Shown piece after piece: positions 8,931-19,500 of a stretch of DNA of 53,653 nucleotides; within the stretch, counting starts at the first letter, position 1; each line of letters opens with the position of its first letter. The translations under genes were made by a program, and so were the position numbers. Below the pieces are notes generated by a model, which saw only the letters and a list, made by a program, of their open reading frames with translations, was not told the DNA's origin and did not search any database. Source of the DNA: a virus (taxonomy: Duplodnaviria > Caudoviricetes); the IMG/VR virus record IMGVR_UViG_3300045586_000001, positions 1 to 53,653 of that record; one strand, written 5' to 3'.

Positions 8931-9323
8931 ATGGCACGAAATACAAGAACATTTTCAGATCTAGACTTTAATTTCTTAGTTCATCCTAGAACTAAGGACG
9001 TGTCGACGCGCTATGATGAAGATGCAATCAAGCAGTCTTTGCGCAATCTAATTCTAACACGGAATTACGAAAGACCATTCAGAAGTTACTTAGGATCGCA
9101 AGTAAATGCGCTACTATTTGAGCCTATTTCGCCACTTCTTACATCAATGTTAGAAAAAGCTATATCCGATGTTATTCAAAACTTTGAACCTCGGGTAGAT
9201 CTTCTTAACGTGGTCGTACAATATAGCCCACAGAATAATGACGTCTATGTCACTATTTCATTTAAGATAAGAAACACGCAGACTCCAATGTCGGTTAATC
9301 TAATATTAGAACGCACTCGGTAA
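8931..9323 (+). CDS. gp25: Baseplate wedge subunit gp25
   Basis: FSDLDFNF, AIKQSLRNLILT..YERPF and FEPRV motifs. Confidence 0.93.
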   Translation: MARNTRTFSDLDFNFLVHPRTKDVSTRYDEDAIKQSLRNLILTRNYERPFRSYLGSQVNALLFEPISPLLTSMLEKAISDVIQNFEPRVDLLNVVVQYSPQNNDVYVTISFKIRNTQTPMSVNLILERTR

Positions 9324-9328
9324 TAACT

Positions 9329-11161
9329 ATGGCAACAAACAACAGAATTAAAGTATCTGATTTAGACTACAACCAGATACGAGAAAATTTAAAAACCTTC
9401 ATGCGTGGTCAGTCACAATTTACTGATTATGACTTTGAAGGTAGTGCACTTTCTACGCTTATTGACGTACTTGCATATAACACCCACTATAACGCGCTAT
9501 ACACAAACCTTGCTATTAACGAAATGTTTCTAGATTCAGCTAGCAAGCGTAGTAGCGTGGTGTCCATTGCAAACAATTTTGGTTACACCCCACAATCATG
9601 TACAACTGCACGATCTTCACTTAGCATAGTATTGACTGAGTTAGGCGCTACTGCTCAAATCAAATATATTCCTAAGCTATCTAGCTTTTCATCTACGATT
9701 AACTCAGTTCAGTATTCATTTTATACTCTTCAGGACTATTCGGCCACGTTGAATTCAAACACATATACGTTTCCTAATGTCGAAGTTTATGAAGGCACTC
9801 CTCAGACACAATTGTTTTTATGTAGTTATGCAGAACAGAAGTTTACGCTACCGAATAAAAATATTGATGTAGCAACTATAAGCCTTACGGTGCAGCAAAC
9901 TGGTGAGCAACCAGATTATGAAAAATATTCATTGGCTGTAGACGTTCTAGAACTTACTGCAGATAGCAAGATCTATTTCGTTAAAGAACTAGATGATCAA
10001 ACATATCAAATATCGTTTGGCGTGAATAGTTTAGGAAAGTCTATTGCTGTAGGCAATATTATCACCGTGACATACATGGTGAGTAATAAGAGTCTTGGAA
10101 ATGGCGCAACAGTATTTACGTACACTGGAACTGGTCTAGGTGGTGTAGTTAGTTGTTCCACTCTTTCCACTTCATATGCTGGTAAAGAATCAGAAACTAT
10201 CGATCAAATTAAGTCTAACGTATCACAATCATTCTTTGATCAAAATAGAGCAGTAACTGCAGGTGATTACGCTTCACTCATAAAAAGATTATACGCGAAT
10301 TTAGATTCTATAAATGTATGGGGTGGAGAAGACAATGATCCTCCTCAATATGGTAAGGTGTTTATTTCTATCAAGCCCACTAATGGTCCATACTTAACTC
10401 CTCCAGAAAAAAGCTATTTGACTGAAACTATTCTAAAGTCTAAGAATATTGTATCAGTAACGCCTGAAATCGTAGATCCTTCATATCTTAATATGGAAGT
10501 TGAGACTACTGTGTATTACAATAGCAACAAGACGACTCGTTCTGCCGATGAAATAAAGACAGCAGTACAAAACACTATTGCTGCGTATAGAGAAGCAAAC
10601 CTTAAAAAGTTTGATGGCATTTTTAGAATGTCTAAATTTTCTACTGCGATTGATTCTAGTGATCAATCAATTCTAAGTAGCATTACTACTTTTAAATTGT
10701 TTAGCGAAGTAACTCCAAAATACAATAGTGCCGCTACATATACTTTAAAACTCGTTAACCCGATATACAATGAAAAAGTTCCCGAAGAGGCGTTTACGTC
10801 TACAGGATTTTACATAGATAATAGTGATACAGTATATTACTTAGACGATGACGGAGTTGGTAACATTAGACTTTATAGCGTTATTTCTAATACAGGCGTA
10901 AAAGCATTTAAGAGTCTAAACACCGGTACTATTGATTATAACACCGGTTCAATAACTGTTCGCGGACTTAAGATTACTAATTTGCTTGAAGCGAATTTTT
11001 ACTTTATTATCAAGACACAGTCGTTTGACGTAGTGTCAGTTCGTAATCAGATAGTGGATATTCCACCATCAAGAGTGACAGTAAATGTCATTCAAGATAA
11101 AACTGCTTCGACTGGATTAATTTCTGGAAATAATTACACCTTTACTTCAAGTAGAAACTAA
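9329..11161 (+). CDS. gp6: Baseplate wedge subunit gp6
   Basis: DYDFEGSALSTLIDVLAYNTHYN, EMFLDSA, QNRAVTAGDY and WGGEDNDPPQYGKVFI motifs. Confidence 0.95.
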   Translation: MATNNRIKVSDLDYNQIRENLKTFMRGQSQFTDYDFEGSALSTLIDVLAYNTHYNALYTNLAINEMFLDSASKRSSVVSIANNFGYTPQSCTTARSSLSIVLTELGATAQIKYIPKLSSFSSTINSVQYSFYTLQDYSATLNSNTYTFPNVEVYEGTPQTQLFLCSYAEQKFTLPNKNIDVATISLTVQQTGEQPDYEKYSLAVDVLELTADSKIYFVKELDDQTYQISFGVNSLGKSIAVGNIITVTYMVSNKSLGNGATVFTYTGTGLGGVVSCSTLSTSYAGKESETIDQIKSNVSQSFFDQNRAVTAGDYASLIKRLYANLDSINVWGGEDNDPPQYGKVFISIKPTNGPYLTPPEKSYLTETILKSKNIVSVTPEIVDPSYLNMEVETTVYYNSNKTTRSADEIKTAVQNTIAAYREANLKKFDGIFRMSKFSTAIDSSDQSILSSITTFKLFSEVTPKYNSAATYTLKLVNPIYNEKVPEEAFTSTGFYIDNSDTVYYLDDDGVGNIRLYSVISNTGVKAFKSLNTGTIDYNTGSITVRGLKITNLLEANFYFIIKTQSFDVVSVRNQIVDIPPSRVTVNVIQDKTASTGLISGNNYTFTSSRN

Positions 11162-13713
11162 TGACTAGTAAGTTAAAGCAATCTATTGCTGTTCAGAGAC
11201 AAATTCCTGAACACATTAGAGAAAATTATCCGGTATTCGTAGAGTTCATTAAACTTTACTACGATTATTTGCAACAAACTCAAGCGCAAGATCTTGAGGG
11301 GATTCGCGACGTCGACACGACATTAGAAGAATTTATTGACAACTTCAAATCAGAATTGTCGACTAATCTTCCCGTTGACATGTCGCAGGATAAGCGCTTT
11401 TTAATTAAACACCTTAAAGAATTCTATCTCTCTCGTGGTAGCGAATCGTCTTTCAAATTCCTATTCAGAACACTATTCTCTAAAGAAGCAGAACTATTCT
11501 ATCCATCAACGGAAATTCTTAGAGTTTCCGATGGTCGTTGGAAACAAGACATATCGATATTCGTCGAAGTAAGTGGAAACACGACTACATTATTTCCACT
11601 CAATGGTAATTTCATAACAATTACTACTCCACGAAAAACTATAACTACATACGTAGAAAACGTAACGGAATATACGACTACTACTTTCGAGATATTCATT
11701 CAACGTGATTACGCGAATGAAATTGAAGTAGGATCTACAGTATCGTTCGTATCAGAAGGAATTACGTACACGGGTACTATTCTTCAGTGCCCAAGCAAGA
11801 TTAGCATCTATAAGGCTGGGTCTGGTTTTAGCGTCGGCGATCTATATTCTTTAAAAACAAGTATTGGTCGTGGGTGTGTTGTTAAGATCACTAAGACTGG
11901 ATCTCTTGGAGAAATCAAAGCTGTTCAAGTAGTTAGTTTTGGATTAGCGTATAAGAGTAAATTCTATTCATATTTGTCTAACAAGGAAATTGGAGCATAT
12001 GAGTATGTTCATCCTGCACAGATAAACCATACATATGTACCCGGCGAAGCAGCGTACAATGAAAGAAGCGGTGGTTTTATAGACTATGGTTTTGCTAGTA
12101 AGCAAACGTATTTCTATTACGATGAAACTATTCCAGTTGCTACGCCCGACTTTGCGTCTGATAGATACTTTGCCGATCCTGGTTATGTAGGTGACATTGT
12201 TCAACAATTCTATGCAGATCAAAGTATGGAAGTCATTGATGATAGCCTAGCTATCATTGAGATCTCACTAGGCGCTGTTGCAAAATATCCTGGCTATTAT
12301 ATGACTGCCAATGGATTCATCTCTGATGAGATGTTTATCCACGATGGAAAATATTATCAAGCATTTTCATATGTCGTCAAAGTTGAAGAAGAACTTAGAA
12401 AATATGCAGATATTCTTAAAGCTCTTATCCACCCAGCTGGAATGAGAGTCTATTCAGAATACAACATCTTTAAAGAACTAAAAGTCTCATTCGTACAGAA
12501 GTCTATATCTAAGCTTTTACAGTTTACTGACACTAGTATTCTTGGTGACACTGGATACAACTACAGTTCATACATCGCATCATTCAATGATATGTTTGAA
12601 GATGTGGTAATTGACGGTGTTACATACCAAATGCCAATCGTTACTTACGAAAAAGCAGATACTGCAAGTGAAGTGTATTCTAGACAAAATAAGGCTGCAT
12701 TATTTTCTACTAAATTTATTGCATTAGCGATAACAGAATTTGAAACAATACGAAAACTTGTCGACAAGCGACTTATCGAAGATGTAGCGTATTTAGAAGC
12801 ACAATCGAAATTTGTAAACAAACCTATAATTGATGAAACGGGTCTTACTTTAGATACTGGATATAACTTTGATGCATACACTCTATCTTTAAATGCTGGA
12901 GTTGTAACTGTCGTTCCAAGCGGAAACAAAGTATATTCAAACGTTGGTCAGTCTGCTCAAGCTATTGTTAAAAAAGTATTAGAAAACATTGTCAATACAG
13001 AAATAATCAATAAGCTTACAGAAAAACCAATTATTGATCAAACCGGAGTTTTAATTGACGTACCAGTTAAACTAGTTGAAAAGCCAATCATAGATTTGGT
13101 AGATACTCCTCTCTCAGCAATAGACAATAAATTTGTAGAAAAATTACTCATAGAATTGCTGCAGATAGAAAATGAGAAATACGACAATTCTATATCTAAA
13201 CCTATAACAGAACTCATGGATGTTCTATTAGACTCGCCGGTAAAAACGGTCATTAAGAATCTCGTAGAACTAATGGATCTCACCGAAGGTATCCTATACT
13301 CTGTTCAAAAGAATATGGTAGAAGACATTAGTGTTTCTAATGACGTAATCGTAAAAAGAGTAGATAAAAAAATCAATGAAGTGATAGCTTCAGTTTTAGA
13401 TTTAGCGCTGTTCGTTAATTTTAAGAATTTTGACGAAGTAATAAATAACATAACAGATTCTATAACGATAGATAGAGTTAAGTTAATAGAAGAGCTAATA
13501 ACAGTATTAGATAAGTTATCTAATAATCCAAATAAAATTTTTGACGACCTAACAGTTTCAGCTGTTGAAACTAAATTCTTATATGAACCAATTAAGAATC
13601 CAAGTGATTCTATAAATACCATAACAAATGGTAAAATAAACTTGTCGCCATACGACTCAGAATTCTATTTTGAACTATTTAGCGACTATCAGCCTTCAAC
13701 AACAATATCCTAA
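11161..13713 (+). CDS. gp7: Baseplate wedge initiator gp7-like protein with repetitive C-terminal extension
   Basis: QIPEHIRENYPVFVEFIKLYY, FYLSRGSESSFKFLFR, SDGRW, YYQAFSYVVK and HPAGM motifs; follows gp6. Confidence 0.75.
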   Translation: MTSKLKQSIAVQRQIPEHIRENYPVFVEFIKLYYDYLQQTQAQDLEGIRDVDTTLEEFIDNFKSELSTNLPVDMSQDKRFLIKHLKEFYLSRGSESSFKFLFRTLFSKEAELFYPSTEILRVSDGRWKQDISIFVEVSGNTTTLFPLNGNFITITTPRKTITTYVENVTEYTTTTFEIFIQRDYANEIEVGSTVSFVSEGITYTGTILQCPSKISIYKAGSGFSVGDLYSLKTSIGRGCVVKITKTGSLGEIKAVQVVSFGLAYKSKFYSYLSNKEIGAYEYVHPAQINHTYVPGEAAYNERSGGFIDYGFASKQTYFYYDETIPVATPDFASDRYFADPGYVGDIVQQFYADQSMEVIDDSLAIIEISLGAVAKYPGYYMTANGFISDEMFIHDGKYYQAFSYVVKVEEELRKYADILKALIHPAGMRVYSEYNIFKELKVSFVQKSISKLLQFTDTSILGDTGYNYSSYIASFNDMFEDVVIDGVTYQMPIVTYEKADTASEVYSRQNKAALFSTKFIALAITEFETIRKLVDKRLIEDVAYLEAQSKFVNKPIIDETGLTLDTGYNFDAYTLSLNAGVVTVVPSGNKVYSNVGQSAQAIVKKVLENIVNTEIINKLTEKPIIDQTGVLIDVPVKLVEKPIIDLVDTPLSAIDNKFVEKLLIELLQIENEKYDNSISKPITELMDVLLDSPVKTVIKNLVELMDLTEGILYSVQKNMVEDISVSNDVIVKRVDKKINEVIASVLDLALFVNFKNFDEVINNITDSITIDRVKLIEELITVLDKLSNNPNKIFDDLTVSAVETKFLYEPIKNPSDSINTITNGKINLSPYDSEFYFELFSDYQPSTTIS
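13611..13618 (+). promoter_or_regulatory. Late promoter inside the gp7 3' end
   Basis: Exact TATAAATA about 110 nt upstream of ATG 13730. Confidence 0.6.
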
Positions 13714-13729
13714 CGGATCAGGAGAAATT

Positions 13730-14248
13730 ATGATTTTAATTCCAAAATACAATAACATGGTAGAACTTAGCGGTTCTCTATCAATTGTCGTAACAGACAC
13801 ACTTACTAATACGATCAAACAAGAACTATACGTTCCAAATGACGTGGTTTTCGTCGGTAAAACTTTCATTGCATCACGTATCGTGGGTACTTCAGCTGCT
13901 ATTATGTCACACATGGGTATCGGTACTGGTTCTACTGGCGTTAGCGTTGGTACTGCTTTAGTTGCTGGTGACTCTACACTAGGTGCAGAATTAACAGTAG
14001 CAGGTGGATATACTGGATATGCTCGCGCTGCAACCACAGTTGCAAGTAACACTAACAACGTTATCACATACTCTTCAAACTTTCCTGCGAACAATCCAAG
14101 TGCACCAGCTGGTGGCGCAGTACTTCGCGAAGCTGGCATTTTCAATGCTTCTACTGCAGGAACTATGCTTTGCCGTACAGTATTCCCTATTGTTACTAAG
14201 CTTCCAGCAGACGCGTTGACTATTACTTGGACTGTTACAATTCAGTAA
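13730..14248 (+). CDS. Baseplate/tail-collar fibre attachment-like protein (DUF3751-like)
   Basis: AGGAGA RBS before ATG 13730, preferred over the track start at 13670. Motifs GKTFIASR, MGIGTG, LREAGIF, MLCRTVF and LTITWTV. Confidence 0.6.
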   Translation: MILIPKYNNMVELSGSLSIVVTDTLTNTIKQELYVPNDVVFVGKTFIASRIVGTSAAIMSHMGIGTGSTGVSVGTALVAGDSTLGAELTVAGGYTGYARAATTVASNTNNVITYSSNFPANNPSAPAGGAVLREAGIFNASTAGTMLCRTVFPIVTKLPADALTITWTVTIQ

Positions 14249-14267
14249 TCATTAAACTAGGGCTACA

Positions 14268-16565
14268 ATGGCAAATAGTACGACTCTCTTAAAGTATTCG
14301 TTAAAGACGAATATTGTTAAGTCAATATATTTTGAAATCATCTCGAAGGTATCACGTTATTACTACACCTTCGGGAAAACTACTGCGTGGCCCACTGTTA
14401 CGGCGATCAACACTGACAACCAGACTTATACAGTCTCTAGTGAAGATGATCCACCTGCAGTTCCTGACACATATCCGTACGAGCTTGAAACTCGTGCGGA
14501 TATTGCATACGCGAAATATATTGATGCAAACGATGCTGCTATCGTAGTCAATAGGGTTAGTTGGATTCCTAGCGTTGTATATGATATGTACGACGACTAT
14601 AGTGCAGACAATCCTGCATACAGCGGTGCAACCTCAATTGACACCGCCCAATTTTATGTACTTACAGACGAATTTAACGTCTATAAGTGCTTATCTAATA
14701 ATGGAAATAAGCCTTCAACATCTAAACCAGTAACAACTGCAACACTTGCAGTGCTTATGGACGATGGCTATGTGTGGAAGTTCATGTATACGATTCCATT
14801 GTATTTAAGAAATAAGTTTCTTAATAGTACTTACATGCCTGTCGTTACAGCTCTAGACAATCAGTTTTATTCTAAGGGATCTATCGTATCATATTCAATT
14901 GAAAATAGAGGATATGGATACGTTGCTAACACTTGGAAAGTAAAACGAATCATAGTGCTTAATGGCGGTAAGGGTTATACGATTGGAACAGCATTTGCAT
15001 TTCCAGCAGCTCCAAGCGGAGGCGTTCAAGCTACAGCTTCCATTGTAGAAGTTGGGCCAATTGGCAATGTAATTTCTATATCGGTGACTAACGAGGGAAG
15101 TTTATACACCTCACAACCAGTAGCGACGGTGACTCCTCCTGTTGGAGCATCCGGATTAGACTGGATAGTAGAATATGAAGCAGCAACTTCGAATGCTTAC
15201 ACTAAATTAGTCATTAGTGGAGACGGTTATAACGAGTACAATCCGTACAGTCTTAAAGTAGTAAACATCATTAATCGAGGATCATTCGTGTCAGCGCCAA
15301 GTGGTGATCTGTTTACGTTTCCATCTCCATCGTTAATCTATGGTAGAATGCCTACAGTAAATGTTACATTCAGAGTTAAGAGTGGCACCAGCTTATATGA
15401 AGTAGATACTATTTCAGTTGTAGATAGTGGATATGGATACACACAGCCATTAGTATTTGGTACTAACGCCTTTGCTGCGGTGTTAGTTGCAAGTGGATTC
15501 TCGTGCGATCTTGGCGTGTCCTCGCAGAAAAATGAAGCTGAGATTATTCCGCTGTTAAGCTCTTCCGGTGAAATCAAAGCAATACAGATCACTAGTCCTG
15601 GTGTGGGTTATACCTATGCAACTGTAAACGTTGTTGGCAAAAAGACAATTAATATGATAGCCGGAGAACCAGCAAGTGCAAACATCGTTGATATAGATGC
15701 TACTAACACTATTGGTTTTAGTAAAGCAAGTGTTATTCTTGACTTTGGTATTGGAACAATCGATACTAAACAATCTAATGTCGAACTCTTAGCAATCGAT
15801 GGTTCTATCGAAGTAGTAAAGGTTGATAATCCAGGGTTTGGATATAGTGCAAATACTGTCATAAGTATTTCTGGCGATGGAACTGGATTTGCGTGTCAAC
15901 CAGTGATCGTAGCAGGTCAACTAACTAATGTGATAGTAACAAATCCTGGTCAAGGATATACTTATGCAACTATCACTGCAAGTATAGGATCTACTGCTGT
16001 GCTAAGAGCTATCATTTCTCCAAAAGGCGGTCACGGTAAAGACGCAGTTTCCGAATTGTATGCAAGAACGCTAATGCTATACACTCGTCTAGTAGATGAA
16101 AAGAATAAGAATATCACTATTGCTAATGACTTCCGTCAAATTACTATTCTTAAAAATCCTAAAGTATATGAACAGGATACGTTCTATAGAAAAGCAACAG
16201 GTTCTACTTGCGTATTATTCACATGTGAAGTTAACGCTAGCAATACTATAGCGTACAATGCTATGTCATATGACAGTGAATTGTTTTCTACGAGTGATGC
16301 TAGTAAAACATTTACGTTAGTAGAAAAAGCATTATTAAACAATAAATACTATTTGGTAGCTAGTGTTAACAATAATCATATTCCAGCGCAAGGAAGTTCG
16401 ATTGCAGTTAGCATTTCTAATATTTCGTATCCTATAAGCATTTTATCGATAGGCACTCCAGACATCAATAAATATTCTGGTGAGATGCTATACATAGACA
16501 ATAGAGTTAAGTTTGTATCATCGACTGATCAAACTGTTGCAGTATCCACTCTAATCACATTCTAA
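14268..16565 (+). CDS. gp8: Baseplate wedge subunit gp8 with inserted G.GY beta-repeat domains
   Basis: FYVLTDEFNVYKCLSNNG, DGYVWKFMYTI, ISPKGGHG, NDFRQI and SGEMLYIDNR motifs. Confidence 0.88.
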   Translation: MANSTTLLKYSLKTNIVKSIYFEIISKVSRYYYTFGKTTAWPTVTAINTDNQTYTVSSEDDPPAVPDTYPYELETRADIAYAKYIDANDAAIVVNRVSWIPSVVYDMYDDYSADNPAYSGATSIDTAQFYVLTDEFNVYKCLSNNGNKPSTSKPVTTATLAVLMDDGYVWKFMYTIPLYLRNKFLNSTYMPVVTALDNQFYSKGSIVSYSIENRGYGYVANTWKVKRIIVLNGGKGYTIGTAFAFPAAPSGGVQATASIVEVGPIGNVISISVTNEGSLYTSQPVATVTPPVGASGLDWIVEYEAATSNAYTKLVISGDGYNEYNPYSLKVVNIINRGSFVSAPSGDLFTFPSPSLIYGRMPTVNVTFRVKSGTSLYEVDTISVVDSGYGYTQPLVFGTNAFAAVLVASGFSCDLGVSSQKNEAEIIPLLSSSGEIKAIQITSPGVGYTYATVNVVGKKTINMIAGEPASANIVDIDATNTIGFSKASVILDFGIGTIDTKQSNVELLAIDGSIEVVKVDNPGFGYSANTVISISGDGTGFACQPVIVAGQLTNVIVTNPGQGYTYATITASIGSTAVLRAIISPKGGHGKDAVSELYARTLMLYTRLVDEKNKNITIANDFRQITILKNPKVYEQDTFYRKATGSTCVLFTCEVNASNTIAYNAMSYDSELFSTSDASKTFTLVEKALLNNKYYLVASVNNNHIPAQGSSIAVSISNISYPISILSIGTPDINKYSGEMLYIDNRVKFVSSTDQTVAVSTLITF

Positions 16566-16578
16566 TAGAGAAAAACTT

Positions 16579-19500
16579 ATGGCACTAGACTTTTCAATTG
16601 AACCATTCTTTGACGATTATTCTGAAGATAAAAAATTCCACAGAATTCTCTTCAGACCTGGCTACGCGGTTCAAGCACGCGAATTAACCCAGATGCAGAC
16701 TATTCTGCAGGAACAAATTCGCCGTCATGGTGACCATATCTTCAAAGAAGGTTCGATGGTTATTCCAGGGCAGATCTCTTATGATCTAGCTCTAAGTTAT
16801 GTAAAACTTACATTTGCTGTTGGAAGTACTCCAACCACAATTTTGACTTCTTTAGTTGGAAGAGAAATTGTAAACTCTGCTGGTCTTATCGCAAAAGTTA
16901 TTACGTACACTGCTCAAACTGATACAGATCCAAACACTATTTTTGTTAAATATTTGAACAGTGTTCAGGATGTTGCTGGAAATAACATTAGTGTATTTTC
17001 TCCGACAGATGTTTTGACGCCTGTAGATGGCACTTCTGGACTAGACGTAACTATAGCTGACGCTGTTGTAGGAGCAACTCCACCTATTGGTCTGGGTTGC
17101 TCTGCAACTATTCAACGTGGTGTTTATTACATCAAAAAGAATTTTGTTTTAGTAACAGATCAGACTATTGTACTAGATAAGTACACGAACATTCCAAGCT
17201 ATAGAGTGGGTCTTCAATTATCTGAAAGTATCGTCTATCCAGAAGATGACGAAAGTTTATTGGATAATGCTCTTGGAACACCTAACTATTCTGCGCCAGG
17301 CGCTGCTCGATACTATATTGACTTAGTGCTTTCTACTAAGTCATTGGCAACTACAGAAGATGCCGAGTTCATTGAACTGCTAAGATTAAATACGGGCAAA
17401 GTTCTGTTTAAAATCGATCGTACACAATACGCAGAATTAAATAAAACTCTAGCGCGCAGAACATACGATGAATCCGGCGACTACGCCCTTTCACCATTCA
17501 ACATGGCAACGTTAGATTTTAGAAATAATCTACGTGGAGATTGGGCCGCAAGCGAAAAATTCATTCAAGGTGACTTGATTAAAGTTCCAGATGGTGCTAC
17601 AGGATTCTATTATTTTGTTGCAGTTACATCTGGAATAAGTGGCACTACTCGACCAAGCGGGAATAATTCGTTTAGTCCTATCAGAGATAGCATTACTGAC
17701 AATGATATCACCTGGGAATACGCAATCTATCCTGACTTTAATCGCGGCGTAAATACATTTACAGCAGGCGCTTCTGAATATGCCGCGTTCACCATCAATG
17801 ACCATATTCGTTTAAACGGAATGCTCTCAGTAAGCGTTGAAGCTGGAAAAGCATATGTTCGTGGTTATGAGATTGAAAAGGTTGCGACAGAGTACGTTCC
17901 AATATTCAAATCTAGAAAACTACCAGAAGGATCTGTAGCGCTTTGCACATATTTCAATGTTAGTTCTTTGCCTGCAACTACCGAATCAGTTTCAGTGGTT
18001 AACACTACTAGCATCGACTTATCTAGTGGAGCATATGTAACTTGTACTGATGTCAAGTATCTTCCAGATGTTACTACTTTTGCAAAGGTAAATTTGCATA
18101 GCGTTACATACGCAACAGCAGCAGCTGGCAATATCATTGGTACTGCTAGAATTAGAGGAATCGAAAGACATCCTACCACAGTTAATGCGTATAACGTATT
18201 CTTATTTGACATTGTAATGAATGCAAAGAAAGACTTTACTAATGTTAAGTCTTTCTACACTGTTGCGACTGCGTTTTCTGCAAATGCAATTCAAGAAGCT
18301 TCGCTAACAGTTCTAAATAATCCTTCTGCGAACGGAACATCTTTAATATATCAACTTCCTGCATACGCAGTAGAATCCGTTACTGAAGTAGACTACACTG
18401 TAGTAGTTCCATTCACCCGTTCTTCTAATTCTGGAACTACTTGGGAAATTGATGCGGCTAGTGGTTATTCGTTTGAAAGCGTGACTAGCGCACTCACAAA
18501 TTACATAGTCACTAATAATGCTACAGGTGCAGTTGTTACTCCAACTTTGGCAAGCACTGGTTCTAAGTTAACATTAAGCGGATTGACAACTGGTGTAAAC
18601 TATTCAGTGTTAGCTACTATGAAAAGAGCTAACGTTGCAAATGGTCAAACTAATTTTACAGTAACTGACGCAACTCCTCTTCAATTGACTGGAGCAGCAT
18701 TCGCTCAAGCGACTACTATTACTTTAGAACAACCGTTTGTAACAAGAATAGTATCTATCTTGATGGATAATCGTGGGTTCACAGTTAGTGGAGCTGCTAA
18801 TACTTCTCCGGTGTATAATACGGATATCACGAACAGATACACGTTTAACGCTGGACAAGAGACTAGTCAGGCGACGAAATCTAGCATAACTCGTACTGCA
18901 AGTTCCGCAATGCCTACAGGTCCTATCATTATCAAGTATGAATATCTTGCGCTTGGTGCTACAAATCCAAGTGGATTCTTAGATGTAAATTCATATATTT
19001 GGGGCGTAGGTTCTAAGATTACATACGATCAAATCTTTTCAGTTTCTAATTATTCATTAAGAGACTGTATCGACTTTAGACCTATTGCGTCAAGCACTAA
19101 CTTCATTGCAAAATACTTACCTAAGTATGGCACAACCGCTTCTATCAAATACACTCACTATCTTGAACGCATTGACTGCATCTCTCTAAGTACTGAAGGT
19201 TATTATATCGTATCTAAGGGAATTCCTTCTACTTCTGCGTTTGAGCCTAAGCACCCTAACAGTACTATGAAATTGGCCAGCGTTAGCGTTGAGCCATACA
19301 CGTTTTATCGTGGCGAAATCATGGGTGCCGTTATCAGTAAAACTGAGAACAAACGATACACGATGCGAGATATCGGCAAGTTAGAACGCCGTGTACAAGA
19401 TCTTGAATATTATACTGCATTGAGTTTGTCTGAAATGGATACGAAGAATATGCGTATCGTTGACGCAAATGGCTTTGATCGATTCCAAAATGGATTCTTA

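Noticed and set aside
4033-11161. T6SS, tailocin or extracellular contractile injection system
   Set aside because: The VgrG/PAAR/gp25-like genes sit with terminase, portal, protease and capsid genes, so this is a complete phage morphogenesis module.
13670-13729. Track starts at 13670, 31470 and 44497
   Set aside because: Better ATGs with RBS lie at 13730, 31479 and 44521 and match the expected N-termini.
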